From the NCBI GenBank assembly GCA_951406725.2, contig OX597817.1, positions 34,534,001 to 34,598,000 of the forward strand: 64,000 bases of DNA, given 5' to 3'. Source of the DNA: Octopus vulgaris (Eukaryota). Position numbers and translations under genes: made by a program. Under the pieces are notes generated by a model. That model saw only the letters and a list, made by a program, of their open reading frames with translations. It had not been told where the DNA came from and made no database searches. How positions within the stretch are numbered: the stretch's first letter is position 1; each line of letters starts with the position of its first letter. This document shows, piece by piece, positions 12,599 to 24,950 of the stretch.

Positions 12599-13728
12599 GA
12601 AATTCATCATTACATTTCATCTCGATGACTTTCGCCTGGATATTTTCGTGTGCACAGTGAGGATCACAATCGAATGAGTCAACCATCCATAGCTGAATAG
12701 TGAAGTTAAATAAATCGGTAAATCTGCTTTCTAAATCATTTTTCAAAGCAGACAGACGGTCGCAACAAATACCAATGTCATTTTCACATAAGTCGATTTC
12801 CGCTAGTTCGGGCATATTATAAAACTGTCTTAGTTTTAAATTAACTTGGAAAAGATTGAGTTTTTCAACAAAAGCTCTCATCACCCGTTCGCAGTCTATC
12901 AGCGTTATCATTTTCCCCTGCAGCAGAAGAGAGACCTCGTGCAGATTACAGAAAATCTAACTAAGATAGTGTATGGTCTTCTTTTGAGCTTGAATCTCAG
13001 CGGCTAAGTCTGCGTGTCCTTCTGTTCGTAAGAATATAACTATTGTATTAAGTAAGTTTACAAATCTTTCCAAGCAGTTGCCTTTGGATAGCCAACGGAC
13101 ATCGGTATGCAAAAGTCTTATCTATTGTTCGTCAACATCGACATAAAGTTTTCGAAAATGACGGTCACATTTACTGTTAGATTTAATTTTGTTTATTGTT
13201 TTTATAACTGTTCAATGACTGGTTTAGAAAATGGCTTATATTTTTGGCCACGAGGTTATGCCTGTGTAGCACACAGTGTATAACTAGAATTTGGAAGGGG
13301 GGGAACAACTTTTTAAATGAGACATAAATCCTTTGTGTCTCCCAACCATAGACATTGCACCATCAGTAGCACATAAAACTAAATTTTCATAATATGGAAT
13401 TTCTTTTTCTTCAAAAAAACTTTTCACTTTAGAAACTATAGACGCACCCGTTGTGTCAGTCTCCAACAGTTTTACAAATAACAGATCTTGTAATGCACAG
13501 TTTCTATCAAAATATCAGACATAACCCATTAAAAGGGCCTTCGTCAATTTAATTAGAAAAATTCGTTGTATTCAATTTTTGAATTAGTACGTCTTTGATA
13601 TGACCTGACATTTTATCAATTCTCCTATGAATAGAATCATTACTTAAAGGTGGAGCTTCATTGATAGATGAAGGATCTTGATTCATAAATTCTACTATTA
13701 CTGCTTCAACTGTAGGCACAATAATCTT

Positions 13729-14136
13729 AGCTGGCAGAAACTTTAGCACGCCGGGCGAAATGCGTAGCCGTATTTCGTCTGCCGCTACGTTCTGTGTTCA
13801 AACTCCGTTGAGGTCGACTTTATCTTTCATCCTTTCGGGGTCGATAAATTAAGTACCAGTTACGCACTGGGGTCGATGTAATCGACTTAATCCGTTTGTC
13901 TGTCCTTATTTGTCCACTCTGTGTTTAGCCCCTTGTGGGTAGTAAAGAAATAGGTATTTCGTCTGTCTTTACGCTCTGAGTTCAAATTCCGTCGAGGTCG
14001 ACTTTGCCTTTCATCCTTTCAGGGACGTTTAAATAAGGACCAGTTACGCACTGGGGTCGATATAATCGACTTAATCCGTTTGTCTGTCCTTGTTTGCTCC
14101 CTCTATGTATAGCCCCTTGTGAGCAGTAAAGAAATA
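13729..14136 (+). mobile_element. SINE family B dimer inserted in the hAT transposase
   Basis: Unit junction at 13953; transposase homology continues on both sides; short aatctt duplication. Confidence 0.9.
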
Positions 14137-14924
14137 AAATCTTTTAAGCTACCGTTTGTGCATTACCTGTTTTTGCAATAATTTCTGCAATATTGTAGGA
14201 AACAACCAGTCCACCGTTATTAATTTTTGTTTGTTTCTTAAATAATGATTTAACAGTACTCCGATTTTCAAAATCAGTTTTCAATTACTCAAAACATTTG
14301 ATAGACTTACCGACTTTTTCGGGGTGTTTTGTTCTCATGTGGCCAGAAAGTCAAGGGGGCTTCATGACTTCATTGGACAAAGATTGATGACACATGATAC
14401 AAAACAGCTGCTTTGGGTCTGTAGAGTTCTTGATAAAACCATATTGTAAATACTCATCAATATACTGTCGATACTTCTTTTTCGACGAGCCTGCCATAAA
14501 AAGTGGGCGAAAACGAATGCAAATTAGTAAACACTAATCTGTAATATTATATCTGCGTCCGACGCTTAAGAGAGAGACCGTCAAATTCAGGCGAGTGCCG
14601 TGTATTCAATGAATCACGCAGCCCGGCGGCCAGTGTCATAGTAACAAGGGTAAGAAATTCAGTGATGAATGAGTCATTATAAATCGATGAACTAAATCCT
14701 GGAAGATAACGCACTTATTGAGGCGCATAGCTACTCTATTTGAATTAAGAAAAAGAGCTGGTTTTACGGCTTGACCGCAGTTATTGAGAAGAGCCTTTGT
14801 CATGATGCACTGGATGTGTGATTGCCTGTTGTGAGTGCAATCGCCGATCGAAGACTGATTCGTCTCTCCCCTAATTTGATTTTCGCCCCCAAGAGGGCGA
14901 TTCGCTCAGATTTGAGAACCACTG

Positions 14925-15200
14925 GCTTGCGGTTTCTGATTATCTACGTTCTGAGTTCAAATCCTATCGAGGTCACCTATACCTTGCATGCTTTCGGGGT
15001 CAATAAATAAAATACCAATCCAGTGCTGGAGTTGATTCTTGTTGTTATTATTATTATTTTATTATATTTCGTCCGTTTTAACGTTTTGATTTCAAATTCC
15101 GCGGAGTCGACTTTACCGTTCATCATTTTGGGGTTGATGTAATCGACTATCCTCCTTCCCCAAAATTTCAGGCCTTGTGTCAATAGTAGAAAGGATTATT
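14925..15200 (+). mobile_element. Two old SINE family B fragments
   Basis: Degenerate cgttctgagttcaaat..gaggtc core present twice. Confidence 0.65.
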
Positions 15201-15204
15201 ACTA

Positions 15205-15256
<52 letters not shown>

Positions 15257-15629
15257 CTTCACCCTCCCCTAGCTCTCTCTCTCTCTCACTCACGCTCTCT
15301 CTCTCTCTCACACACTCATTCTCAATCTCCTACTGGAAGTACTTGGCTACCTTCAGACTGGAGAGGGAGTGGCCTTTCCAGGTTTCGAAATGTCTAAGAC
15401 ACTTTGCAGATAACGAAGGCGCCTCAAGGATTCCATCAAGAACTGAAGTTCTAAGGAAGGAATATAACGTTAATGGCTTAAATTTATATCGTTGAGCATA
15501 CATCCGGTTGTCGTCCACTTCCTGCTTCGCCAACACAGCAAGCAATTTCTTTCTCTTCTTCTACTCTCTGAAAAAGGGCAAATGTCCATAATGTTATACT
15601 TTCTATTCTTCATGGTACTCATACTTATG

Positions 15630-15674
15630 GCATACGCCACAAAACAGACACGGGTTCGATTCTCGGCGAGTGCG
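15630..15674 (+). pseudogene. Possible decayed tRNA 3' half (Gly-GCC-like)
   Basis: gccac...cacgggttcgattctcggcgagtgc resembles the region from anticodon to acceptor stem of tRNA-Gly; no intact 5' half. Confidence 0.25.
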
Positions 15675-15747
15675 CGCATTATTTCCTTACCTGCGTCTTG
15701 TTTCAATTGATTAAACATATTATGTGCACACGTGTGTGTATGCGTGA

Positions 15748-15807
<60 letters not shown>

Positions 15808-16255
15808 CTATATAATATTATATATGCGTGTGCGTGTTGTTATTTTTATTTTCGGTTGCCTTTGTTAGAAGCTACAGCAACTTCACGACTTTCCTTATTT
15901 TTTGTGTTTGGGTATGTTTTTTTATCTTTTATTTTGTTTGTCATTTTCCTGTTTTTTTTTATTATTATTATTTATTTTTTATATATATATTTACCAGAAT
16001 TATCTGGAAGCTGTTTGTTGATTTCCTGGAATAATAATAATGTCAAATATAATTTAAACAAAATGAAAATAAAATACGATATAAAATAAAGTATCTATAT
16101 TTTTTTCTTTAATGGGTGGAAAATCTAAAAAAAAACTTAAAAGCACCTGCAGAATGTGTTTTCACCAAGGTTGTTAAATTAATCCAAAGTGATGGGCGAG
16201 GAAGGCGGTCAGGGTAAAAAAAAAAAATGTTCGTTTCTAAAACGTAAATAAGTCG

Positions 16256-16284
16256 TTGCTCTCTCTCTCTCGCTCTCTCAGTTG

Positions 16285-16330
<46 letters not shown>

Positions 16331-16340
16331 CTCTCAATTG

Positions 16341-16375
<35 letters not shown>

Positions 16376-16414
16376 GCTCTCTCAATTGTTCTCTCTTTCT
16401 CTCTCTCTCAATTG

Positions 16415-16445
<31 letters not shown>

Positions 16446-16458
16446 GCTCTCTCAATTG

Positions 16459-16501
<43 letters not shown>

Positions 16502-16502
16502 G

Positions 16503-16533
<31 letters not shown>

Positions 16534-17345
16534 AATTGTTCTCTCTTTCTCTCTCTCTCTCCATTTCCATCTCCCCCTCTCTCTTCTTCCGTCGCTCTCC
16601 CTTACACTATTTCTTGCTCTCCCTTTTCTCGTTCTTTCACCTTCTCTTACTCCCTGTCACTCAGTTACATACACTTATACACACACACTTACACACGCAT
16701 ACACGAACACACAACACACATCACAAAATATAGACACACAGAGACACTCACAGAAGCACACATGTACACATTCACTCTCTCTCTTATTTTTCTCTTGTTC
16801 GCCCCTCTTTCCCTTATTGTGTTATGCTATTAATTTTCTCACTCTTCCCCTCTCTCTTTCTCTATCTATCTATCTCTTTATTTATTTGTCTTTCTTTTTT
16901 TCCCTCCCTCCCTCCCTCTTTCTCCCCCCCCTCTCTCTCACATTTTCATTCAATTTTCTTACTCTATATTTCCCAATCAATCCCGCAATTACATCTGCTT
17001 ACACACACACACGTAAACGCAACACATACATCTTTGTCTCTCTCTGTCTCTGTGTGTGTTTATTTCACTCTTTCTCCCGCTGTTTTCCTTCCCTTTCCTC
17101 TATTTCTCTTCCTCTCTCTCTCTCTCTCTCTTCTTTTTTCTCGTCCTCTCTCTCTCTCTCCTGTTGTCACTCTTATTACACACATTCTCGTCCTCTTCTC
17201 TCTTCTCTTTCACAACAAACCTACATACATATTACCCTTTGTTACTTTGATTGCATAGTTTCTTGCACTCCTCTCATACCTCAACCTATTCCTCTCTCTC
17301 TCTCTCTCCTCATCTCCCCACCCCCTCCCCACCCCCGCTCTCCAT
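16256..17345. repeat. Pyrimidine-rich low-complexity tract; first 300 bp is a higher-order (CT)n repeat punctuated by CAATTGTT
   Basis: ctctcaattgttctctctttct(ct)n unit repeated about 7 times. Confidence 0.9.
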
Positions 17346-17666
17346 TTCTTTTCTATTTACAAAATCTCCTGTATTACCCTCACCTGTCTCAACTGAATGC
17401 AATAGAAACGCATATGTAATTGCTTATCTTCATTTTTTTTCTTTTCTTACCTTCATATTTTCTTTCCCATTCTCTCTCACACATTGGATAATTAACAGAT
17501 CGAAGTCTAATAAATGCTAGATCGGCTGTAAACACTCATTAATGCAATGAGTGTTTTATACATTTATACAGATCGGTTACAAATTTTTAAATGGCCGTTT
17601 GTAAATGTTGTTTTGCTCTGGTTGTTCAGTATATTGACCTTCTTACATAGTTGAATTTTTTTTTTG

Positions 17667-17835
17667 TGACTCAATGGTTAGAACATCGGGCTTACAATCG
17701 TGAGGTTGTGAGTTCGAATCCCGGACCGGGCTTTGTGTTGTGTACTTGAGCAAGACACTTTATTTCACGTTGCTCCAGTTCACTCAACTGTAGAAATGAG
17801 ATGCGACGTTACTGGTGCTAAGATGTACCGATCTT
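17667..17835 (+). mobile_element. tRNA-derived SINE, head D with a different 3' part
   Basis: B box GAGTTCGAATCC; cttgagcaagacactttatttcacgttgctccag segment shared with 12268-12598. Confidence 0.8.
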
Positions 17836-17956
17836 TGTTTATTCCCCGAAGGGGGGTCTTTACCCTACAAAAAGAAAAAGAGCTGATTGATTTTCATGAA
17901 AGAAACGAAGTTCCATCATTAGAATTTTAATAACAACAATGTTAAAAAGTTATATA

Positions 17957-18179
17957 CTCTCTCTTTTTTACTCTTTTACTCTTTTACTTGTTTCAGCCAT
18001 TTGACTGCGGCCATGCTGGAGCACCGCCTTTAGTCGAGCAAATCGACCCCGGGACTTATTCTTTGTAAGCCTAGTACTTATTCTATCCGTCTCTTTTGCC
18101 GAACCGCTAAGTTACGGGGACGTAAACACACCAGCATCGGTTGTCAAGCAATGCTAGGGGGACAAACACAGACACACAA

Positions 18180-18210
<31 letters not shown>

Positions 18211-18383
18211 CATATATACGACAGGCTTCTTTCAGTTTCCGTCTACCAAATCCACTCACAAGGCATTGGTCGGCCCGGGGCTATAGCAGAAGACACTTGC
18301 CCAAGATGCCACGCAGTGGGACTGAACCCGGAACCATGTGGTTGGTTAGCAAGCTACTTACCACACAGCCACTCCTGCGCCTA
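17957..18383 (-). mobile_element. SINE family A
   Basis: Full-length copy matching the family. Confidence 0.9.
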
Positions 18384-18955
18384 TATGTTGTACTTTAGAA
18401 AAAATATTATTGTTGCTGTTCCGTTTACAGATTGTATTTGTCAAGCCTGTGTTAGCTGGTCACTTTCTTTTTCCAGACTGTTAATTAGACATACACACTA
18501 ACTTACACACTTTCTCTCTCTCTCTCTCCCCATTTCCATCTCCTCCTCACTCTCCTTCCGTCGCTCTCCCTCACACTATTTTTGCTCTCACTTTTCTCGT
18601 TCTTTCACCTTCTCTTACTCCATGTCACTCAGTAACGATTGGCATAAATGTGAATTTATAATCTGGTTAGAGAAGCGATATGTTTCGAAGCAGTTATTGT
18701 ATAATTATCCTTCTCACTGATTTCGAAATAAATTTTCACATCTGCCAAACAGTTCACTCTAGTTGTTCGCTTTTTTTTCTGTCCCAAACAACTACACAAG
18801 ACAAGTTATATTTGCAACTGGCAGAAGTTTGATTGGAAATGTTCCACTAATATCGTTACATGTATATGTACTCACCATCAGAAAACGTTTTTATTTAATC
18901 TTCCGCACAAACATATTCATGTAATAAAATATTTACGTTATACATTTATATTATA

Positions 18956-19345
18956 CTAGCAGTATCACCCGGCGTTGCTCGGGATTGTTTCAACCCTTTA
19001 GAATTGGAATTTTTGAAAAGTAAACATTTTGCATTATGTAGCTTGTTATTCCCTTTAAGTGAACATTTTTCTGGTTGAAATACACTGAAAAATGGCGACA
19101 CAGCAGTAAAAAAAATCGTAAAAAATAGGGATTTTCATAGAAAAAAAAGCACCGTTTTGATGTAAATAATTTTTGGTGTTAACATGTCCGATTTGAATTT
19201 TTTTTTCTACGGAAGAAAGAGCAACCCTTCTTCTATCATACCCTCAATTTTGGTCAACTTGCGCAGCAGGGTCTCGGAGGAGATGTTAGTTGAAGGCTAC
19301 CAAGCCTGCCATACACAGACAACTTCAGCTTTATATATAGAGAGA
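18956..19345 (-). mobile_element. Non-autonomous Helitron
   Basis: Minus strand begins TC(TCTCTATATATAAAG) and ends with hairpin CCCGAGCAACGCCGGG then CTAG; inserted between A and T; no TSD. Confidence 0.75.
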
Positions 19346-19789
19346 TTTATATTGGCAAGTCAATATGGCGTGTCAATCTGGCCTTCCATATTTTCTTTTT
19401 ATATCCCAGAGCAGTCTTTCCAATAGATGGCACTGTGGTGTTATCGCGTAATGTTTTAGCAACAGCATTATACCGTATTGGAAGATCGATGACATTTTGG
19501 GGCAGTTACTACTGATATGCGTAATATTTTCCTCGGAGATATGACATAATCAATAATTTGAGTTGCATCTCGGTAGGTTTACGTAATGGATTTTCTATCT
19601 CTTTTCTTCATTAGATTTTTTGTAGTTACTCCCAGCTCTTTTATTGCTAAAGCATAGCCTTCGAAATATGATGTTATGCAACGACCACAAGAGAGATTAC
19701 ACTTTCTGTCAAAAGTAAAATAGTTAAGTCTACTGAAAACATAAGAAGCATAACCCATGCACAAATTTTTTTTATCTATTTATTATTCT

Positions 19790-20520
19790 AATTCCTTTTT
19801 CTTTGACATACAAAATGTTTCTCTTCTATGTCTTTATTGAAAGATTCTAGTCCAGCAATTCTGAGCTTGCATGGAAGGTCACCGAGAAATGAGTTCCTTT
19901 CGCACATACATAATGTTGTTCTTTCTTTAGTAGCAACTGATTGTCGCTGTTGTTTAATGGATGTTATCTGATGGACAAAATATATCAAAACTGACTCTCC
20001 TCTCTTTTGTTTTAAGGAAATCTATAAGTCTATAAATATCACTATTTATAAGTATCTATATATATCACTTTTTCAGTGGAAACTTTCAGTTGATGCCAGG
20101 ATTTTGTAGGTTTTAATGTATAGAGAGCAGATTTCTTTTGTAGAATAGTCAATATCCCAAAAGTTGTACCTTTACAGTTACTACAAATATATTGAGACAT
20201 CTTGTAAGAAAACTGTTCCAACTACCATGCTTTAAATCTAATATCTTTCAGTTTTTGTTCAGAACACCTTTATACGATACATTCTTGCAAATGCCAAGGC
20301 ATTTATGGAACAAGGAAGATAGAGAGCCAACCGATGTCTCTCTGAAGGTTTGGGGTTTGGTAAACAGTTTTCCTGCGTTTCTGTTCAAATTCCATCCTTA
20401 CATCAGTAGAAAATGCTTTGAATCTAGCTCTTTCTCAGAATTATGAATATTTATAGTATAAATTTTAGATCATTCACAAAGAAATTATATTTGACAGTGG
20501 TATCTCATGCTGTTGTAGAC
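19790..20520 (-). mobile_element. Heavily decayed R4/Dong-like RT fragment
   Basis: Frame-hopping remnants FFVNDLK, FSTDVRMEF, HKCLGI and IDYSTKEICSLYIKTYKILASTESFH match the FVDDLKLY / FSxDIxMEFG / YKYLG / DIKTRKIL pattern. Confidence 0.6.
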
Positions 20521-21045
20521 ATCGACACATAACTACTACTAGTCTTTTGAAAGAATAAGTGACCGTGAATGTTGTGTCAAAATAAACAGATATTGACTGA
20601 GTACCTCATTTAAATACGTATTCCTTTTGTGAGATTTATAACACCAGAGACTAATGTTCTACTTTCATTCATAAGTTTGGGGATTGTTGATTAGGTTTCG
20701 TGAGCCTTTCAAAAGCAGCAACAAGGATAGCAGATACTTTTACCAAGTGTAGTGATTTCAGTAATTATAAGTAAGAAATACAAAGTGTATAGAGGTGGGG
20801 AGGGTAGTCACGATTACCAGGTCGTCCACACGACTGTGACTTCTTAAAGGACGTTGATATCTAAGATGTAGACACTTGGTCTTCGTCATTGTGAGAGACC
20901 ACAAGGAGGCATCACATCTTTAAAAGGATAGAGGAAGAGAGTCAAAGAGGTGCTCATATTCAACAGCGAGGCGACAGCTATCACATATGTATCTATAAAC
21001 ATTTGTGTGTGTTTGTGTATGTATGTATATATGTATGTATCTATG

Positions 21046-23161
21046 TGTTGTGGCGAGAGTACGATACACTCTGGCGAGAATAGACGGGACCACTACATAT
21101 AAATAGTTGCGGTCTGACGTAGTTGGCAGTTGGTCTTCGAAGTTCAGGTACAGTTTACAGTTCGAGCTAGTGTATTGGAAATATTGATTGTTGGTTCGTT
21201 GTGTATTTGTTACTGCTACTGTTTCTATTTTGTATTGTTATAATACTGTTACAGTATATTCTTTATCTATCGTAGACAATATCAACCTTACTACCATATT
21301 GGAGGCGTAAGGATATAGCATCTGGCGACGAGGATTTTTCGAAGCTCACGTAGGTTATTTGGCAATTTGTGCGTCATACAAATTGTTAAATTATGGAGAA
21401 CCTATTAGCTGCAGTAATGCAGCTTCATGAGAAGCGACAGTAACAGCTACAGGAGTTGCAGAAGCAAATATTACAACAACACCACCAACAACAGTTAATT
21501 GAGTTACAGTCAAGGAAGTCCGAAAATTCGGTAAGTTCGTTTACACCAGACAGCGTGGTGGACTCGATATCTGAATTCATTTATAATCCGGAGGAGGGCA
21601 ATACGTTTCCTGCATACTATTGAAAGTACGAGGAAATTTTTAACAGAATGCAAGTCATGGTCGGATGAAGTGAAAGTGAGGCTATTACAGCACAAGGTAG
21701 TTCCGGTCGAGCTTGAACGCTACTGTAACTTTATATTGCCCAAAAAGTCGAGTGAGATTTCCAAGAAACTATTGAATTACTCTCAGAGGTCTTTTGTGAC
21801 AAAAGTTCATTATTTAACACTCGAATGAAGTGTTGGAACTTAACAAAAAATGTCAATGATGACTTTATTACATACGTCGGAGTAGTCAACCGTATGTGTG
21901 GAAACTTTAAACTTCAGGAACTTTAAACTTCAGGATATGTTTAAATCGCTTATCTTCGTACAAGGCCTTACAGCAACTGAAGATATAGAAATTCGGGCAA
22001 GGATTCTCTCAAAAATGGAGCAAGTGAACCAAGACTTAATCCTACAGACCATTGCAGAAGAAAGTCAAACAATGGTAAACTTGAAACACGACGTGAAAAA
22101 AATTCAAGAGAAAGATTCCGCAATAATACAGATGTGTCGACTCGGAAAGTACAACCAAAAAAGAGTGCCAGGTTCCAATCCATGTCACGGATGTGGAGGC
22201 CTACACTTCAGAAAACAGTGTCCGTTTAAAAACTGAAAATGCTATAGTTGTCAGAAACTTGGTCACAAGAGCTCACACTGCAGGACAAGATTACGAGGGT
22301 CAAACGCAAAAAATTCTAAGGTATTTTCAGCAGAAAGTGAATGCGACACAAAAACAAGAAAATTCGTAGACGTAAAAATAAATGGTGTAAATATTAAACT
22401 GAAGTTGGTTACAGGTAGTGATATTTCAATCATAAATGCGGATACATGGAAAAACGTCGGGAAACCAAGGTTACGTAAAACAGCGAAAATTGCGCGCGGC
22501 GTGACGGGCGATAAATTTCATTTCATGGGCGAAATGTGTAACCCACAATCCAAGTACTACGATTCAGGAATCTTTCATAGAGTTGGTGTTCGCGAGAAGG
22601 ATAAAATCGACTTTTGATAAGTTTTTGCAAGAGGAAAAAAGATGTGTAGGAAATACGAAAGATGCAACGAAGTATTTCGAACTAGGTGATAAAGTGCATT
22701 TTAAAATCTACTGAAATGGTAAAGAAGGCTGGGAGGATGGCCTTGTAACCAAAACATAGGAAGTATGATGTATCAAATTAAAGGACCACGCTGAGAACAT
22801 AGGAGACACATAAATCGGCTAAAGAAGAGACATACTGAAGAACGGAGAGAAATTTCTATGGAAGTATTTTTTTATGTATTCGATGTTCCAGCATCGAAAG
22901 TAATGGAGTCCCCTAGAACCAGCATGAGAAAACGGATGCAGACCGAAACCCCTTGAGATAAGGCCCTAGCGAAAAAGGTACTTGAAAAAAAAAATAATAA
23001 TAAATAAAATTTCTTTATTCCTTCGGAACTCGAAATCTCAAAAGGGGAGATGTTGTGGTGAGAGTACAACACACTCTGACGAGAATAGACGGGACCACTA
23101 CATATAAATAGTAGCGACAATATCAACCGTACTACGATATTGGAGGCGTAAGGATATAACA
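21046..23161 (+). mobile_element. Gypsy (Mag-like) LTR retrotransposon, internally deleted
   Basis: 5' LTR TG..CA at 21046-21320; PBS TGGCGACGAGGAT (complement of the tRNA-Ser(GCU) 3' end); decayed gag with two CCHC knuckles (CHGCGGLHFRKQC, CYSCQKLGHKSSHC); protease remnant LVTGSDISII; PPT aaaaggggaga; 3' LTR at 23051-23161; TSD ctatg/gtatg. Confidence 0.92.
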
Positions 23162-23349
23162 GTATGTATGTACGTTTTTCTTTGAGATTTATTTAAGTTC
23201 TTAAAAGAGTTCAAGCCGATCGTTAAAAAAAGCAGCCAGACATTTTGAGTTAAGAAGGTTCCTAGAGATTGTAAATATGTGGTTGAGTTAGTATATTGGT
23301 TCAGCTGTCGATGCACGCAACCAAATTTGTGCATCCATTCATTTATAAA

Positions 23350-24433
23350 ATCTCAGATTGAGTATTTTGGGAATGTCTTACAAATGTAAGAGCATTTCTG
23401 GAATGTCATTGTGCCACTAATAGATTGGATTTGGTGATCGCATGTCAGTTTCTTTTGCTTTTTCTTCGAAAAATCTAGCATTTCTAGGGTTTTGTGTAAA
23501 TCTGTAGTTACATAGCCTAATGCTCCTATGATGATAGATACAAATGAGAATCTATAGTCAGTGCACAAAAACCGTAAGCTCTGCATTAATTCCCCGTAAA
23601 TGTTCTCTTCTCTTCAGCAGTTTTAATGGCACATCCACATCCGCTGGACAGCTGATCTCTACAATAATGCATGACTTTTGTCCCACAGAACAATATAGAT
23701 ATGTTATGTTTGCATCGAATTGCTGCTTTTATTGAAGTATTCCAACAGTATTCCTTGTTTTTTAAAGTGGGAATACATTCTGGTTCTGACATCTATTTGA
23801 TGTATCCATCAGGACAATTCTTCCTGCGGGTAAGCATTGTAACTACATCAAATCTCAAGAATAGGTAGAATCTCTTAGACATTTTGAGCAGTTGCTGATG
23901 ACGTGGGTGATATCTTCCACACTAGTATAGCATAGCCGACATTTTTTTTATCACAACGTAGAGGTTTGGTGGTATCTTTTTCTCTCTTGCTTATCAGGTA
24001 TCTATCTTCTGTTCCTGGATAGTGAAGGTATATTTATCTAGATGGGATGTAAAGTATTTGTCACAGGTTCAGGAGAAGTACTCTTCCTATCGATACTGCT
24101 GCTATCCTCTAGCTTACAGGATATGTACCCATGTTTTGTTATTTTGCAGGCATGATACTTCAAGCTTCTGTTTAAGTAGGCTAATCCAACCTCTTTTGGG
24201 TCGTATGAGATAGTAATACTCTCAGAGTACCATCTCGGAAGTTCTTCCCTTACTGTGAAGATGTTGCTCTCACTTTTGGGTATGCATATATTGTACTCAT
24301 TTCTTTTATTACTGTACAACTTGTGTTGTCTGAGTGACACATTCAAAGACTGTTGCTTAATAGTTGTCAGTGATAACTGTTGACCATGGTGTGGTAATTT
24401 GTATGTATGTATGTATGTATGTATGTATGTATG

Positions 24434-24464
<31 letters not shown>

Positions 24465-24950
24465 TTACATCCATCTATTCATACATACATACATACATAC
24501 ATACATACATACATACATGCATACATACATACATACATACATACATACATACATACATACATACATACATACATACATACATACATACATACAAACCAGT
24601 GTTTTCATTCTTAGTAACTAAACTTGCTCATGCTCAGGTCTTGCATATTTTTCTTAAATATACATAAAGTGACTTTCTGTACAACGCCAACATCTAGTAC
24701 CGGTATCTAAATTTCAGGATGCTCCCTTGTGCTTTCCTTTTATGCAGCTTTAAGTCTCAAAGTTGATAGTATTCCTTCTTCATTTTTATCAAGCCATGAT
24801 GCATTTTGACCAAAATCGTTTTCATTCTAGTTCTAACACCAAACACATTAAAACATTTTACTTAGAAGTTATTTTACGATTGAAATATCTGCAGATGTCT
24901 CTTTAGTTCGACATAGTTATTATCTTTTACTCTTATCTTTTACATTGTGT
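23350..24950 (-). mobile_element. Decayed R4/Dong-like non-LTR retrotransposon, interrupted by a microsatellite
   Basis: CRLCYTSVEDITHVISNC zinc knuckle, VEISCPADV and IIIGALG endonuclease-region motifs; NASWL-type remnant near 24800. Confidence 0.75.
24400..24592. repeat. (TATG)n directly followed by its complement (CATA)n
   Basis: Read directly from the sequence. Confidence 0.95.

Larger units (their letters stand above)
12230..14924 (-). mobile_element. hAT Charlie/Buster-type DNA transposon with decayed transposase, interrupted by two SINEs
   Basis: TIR CAGTGGTTCTCAAA starts at 14924; ATG at 14497 gives MAGSSKKKYRQYIDEYLQYGF..CIMC..LSNEVMKP..H..KH (BED-like); later motifs PLSNDSIHRRI, ATDGAMSMVG, HCVLHR and LLHTDVRWLS; many stops and frameshifts; second TIR not found. 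Confidence 0.9.

Noticed and set aside
20787-20984. TG...CA bounded segment as a solo LTR
   Set aside because: No matching TSD and no second copy in the window
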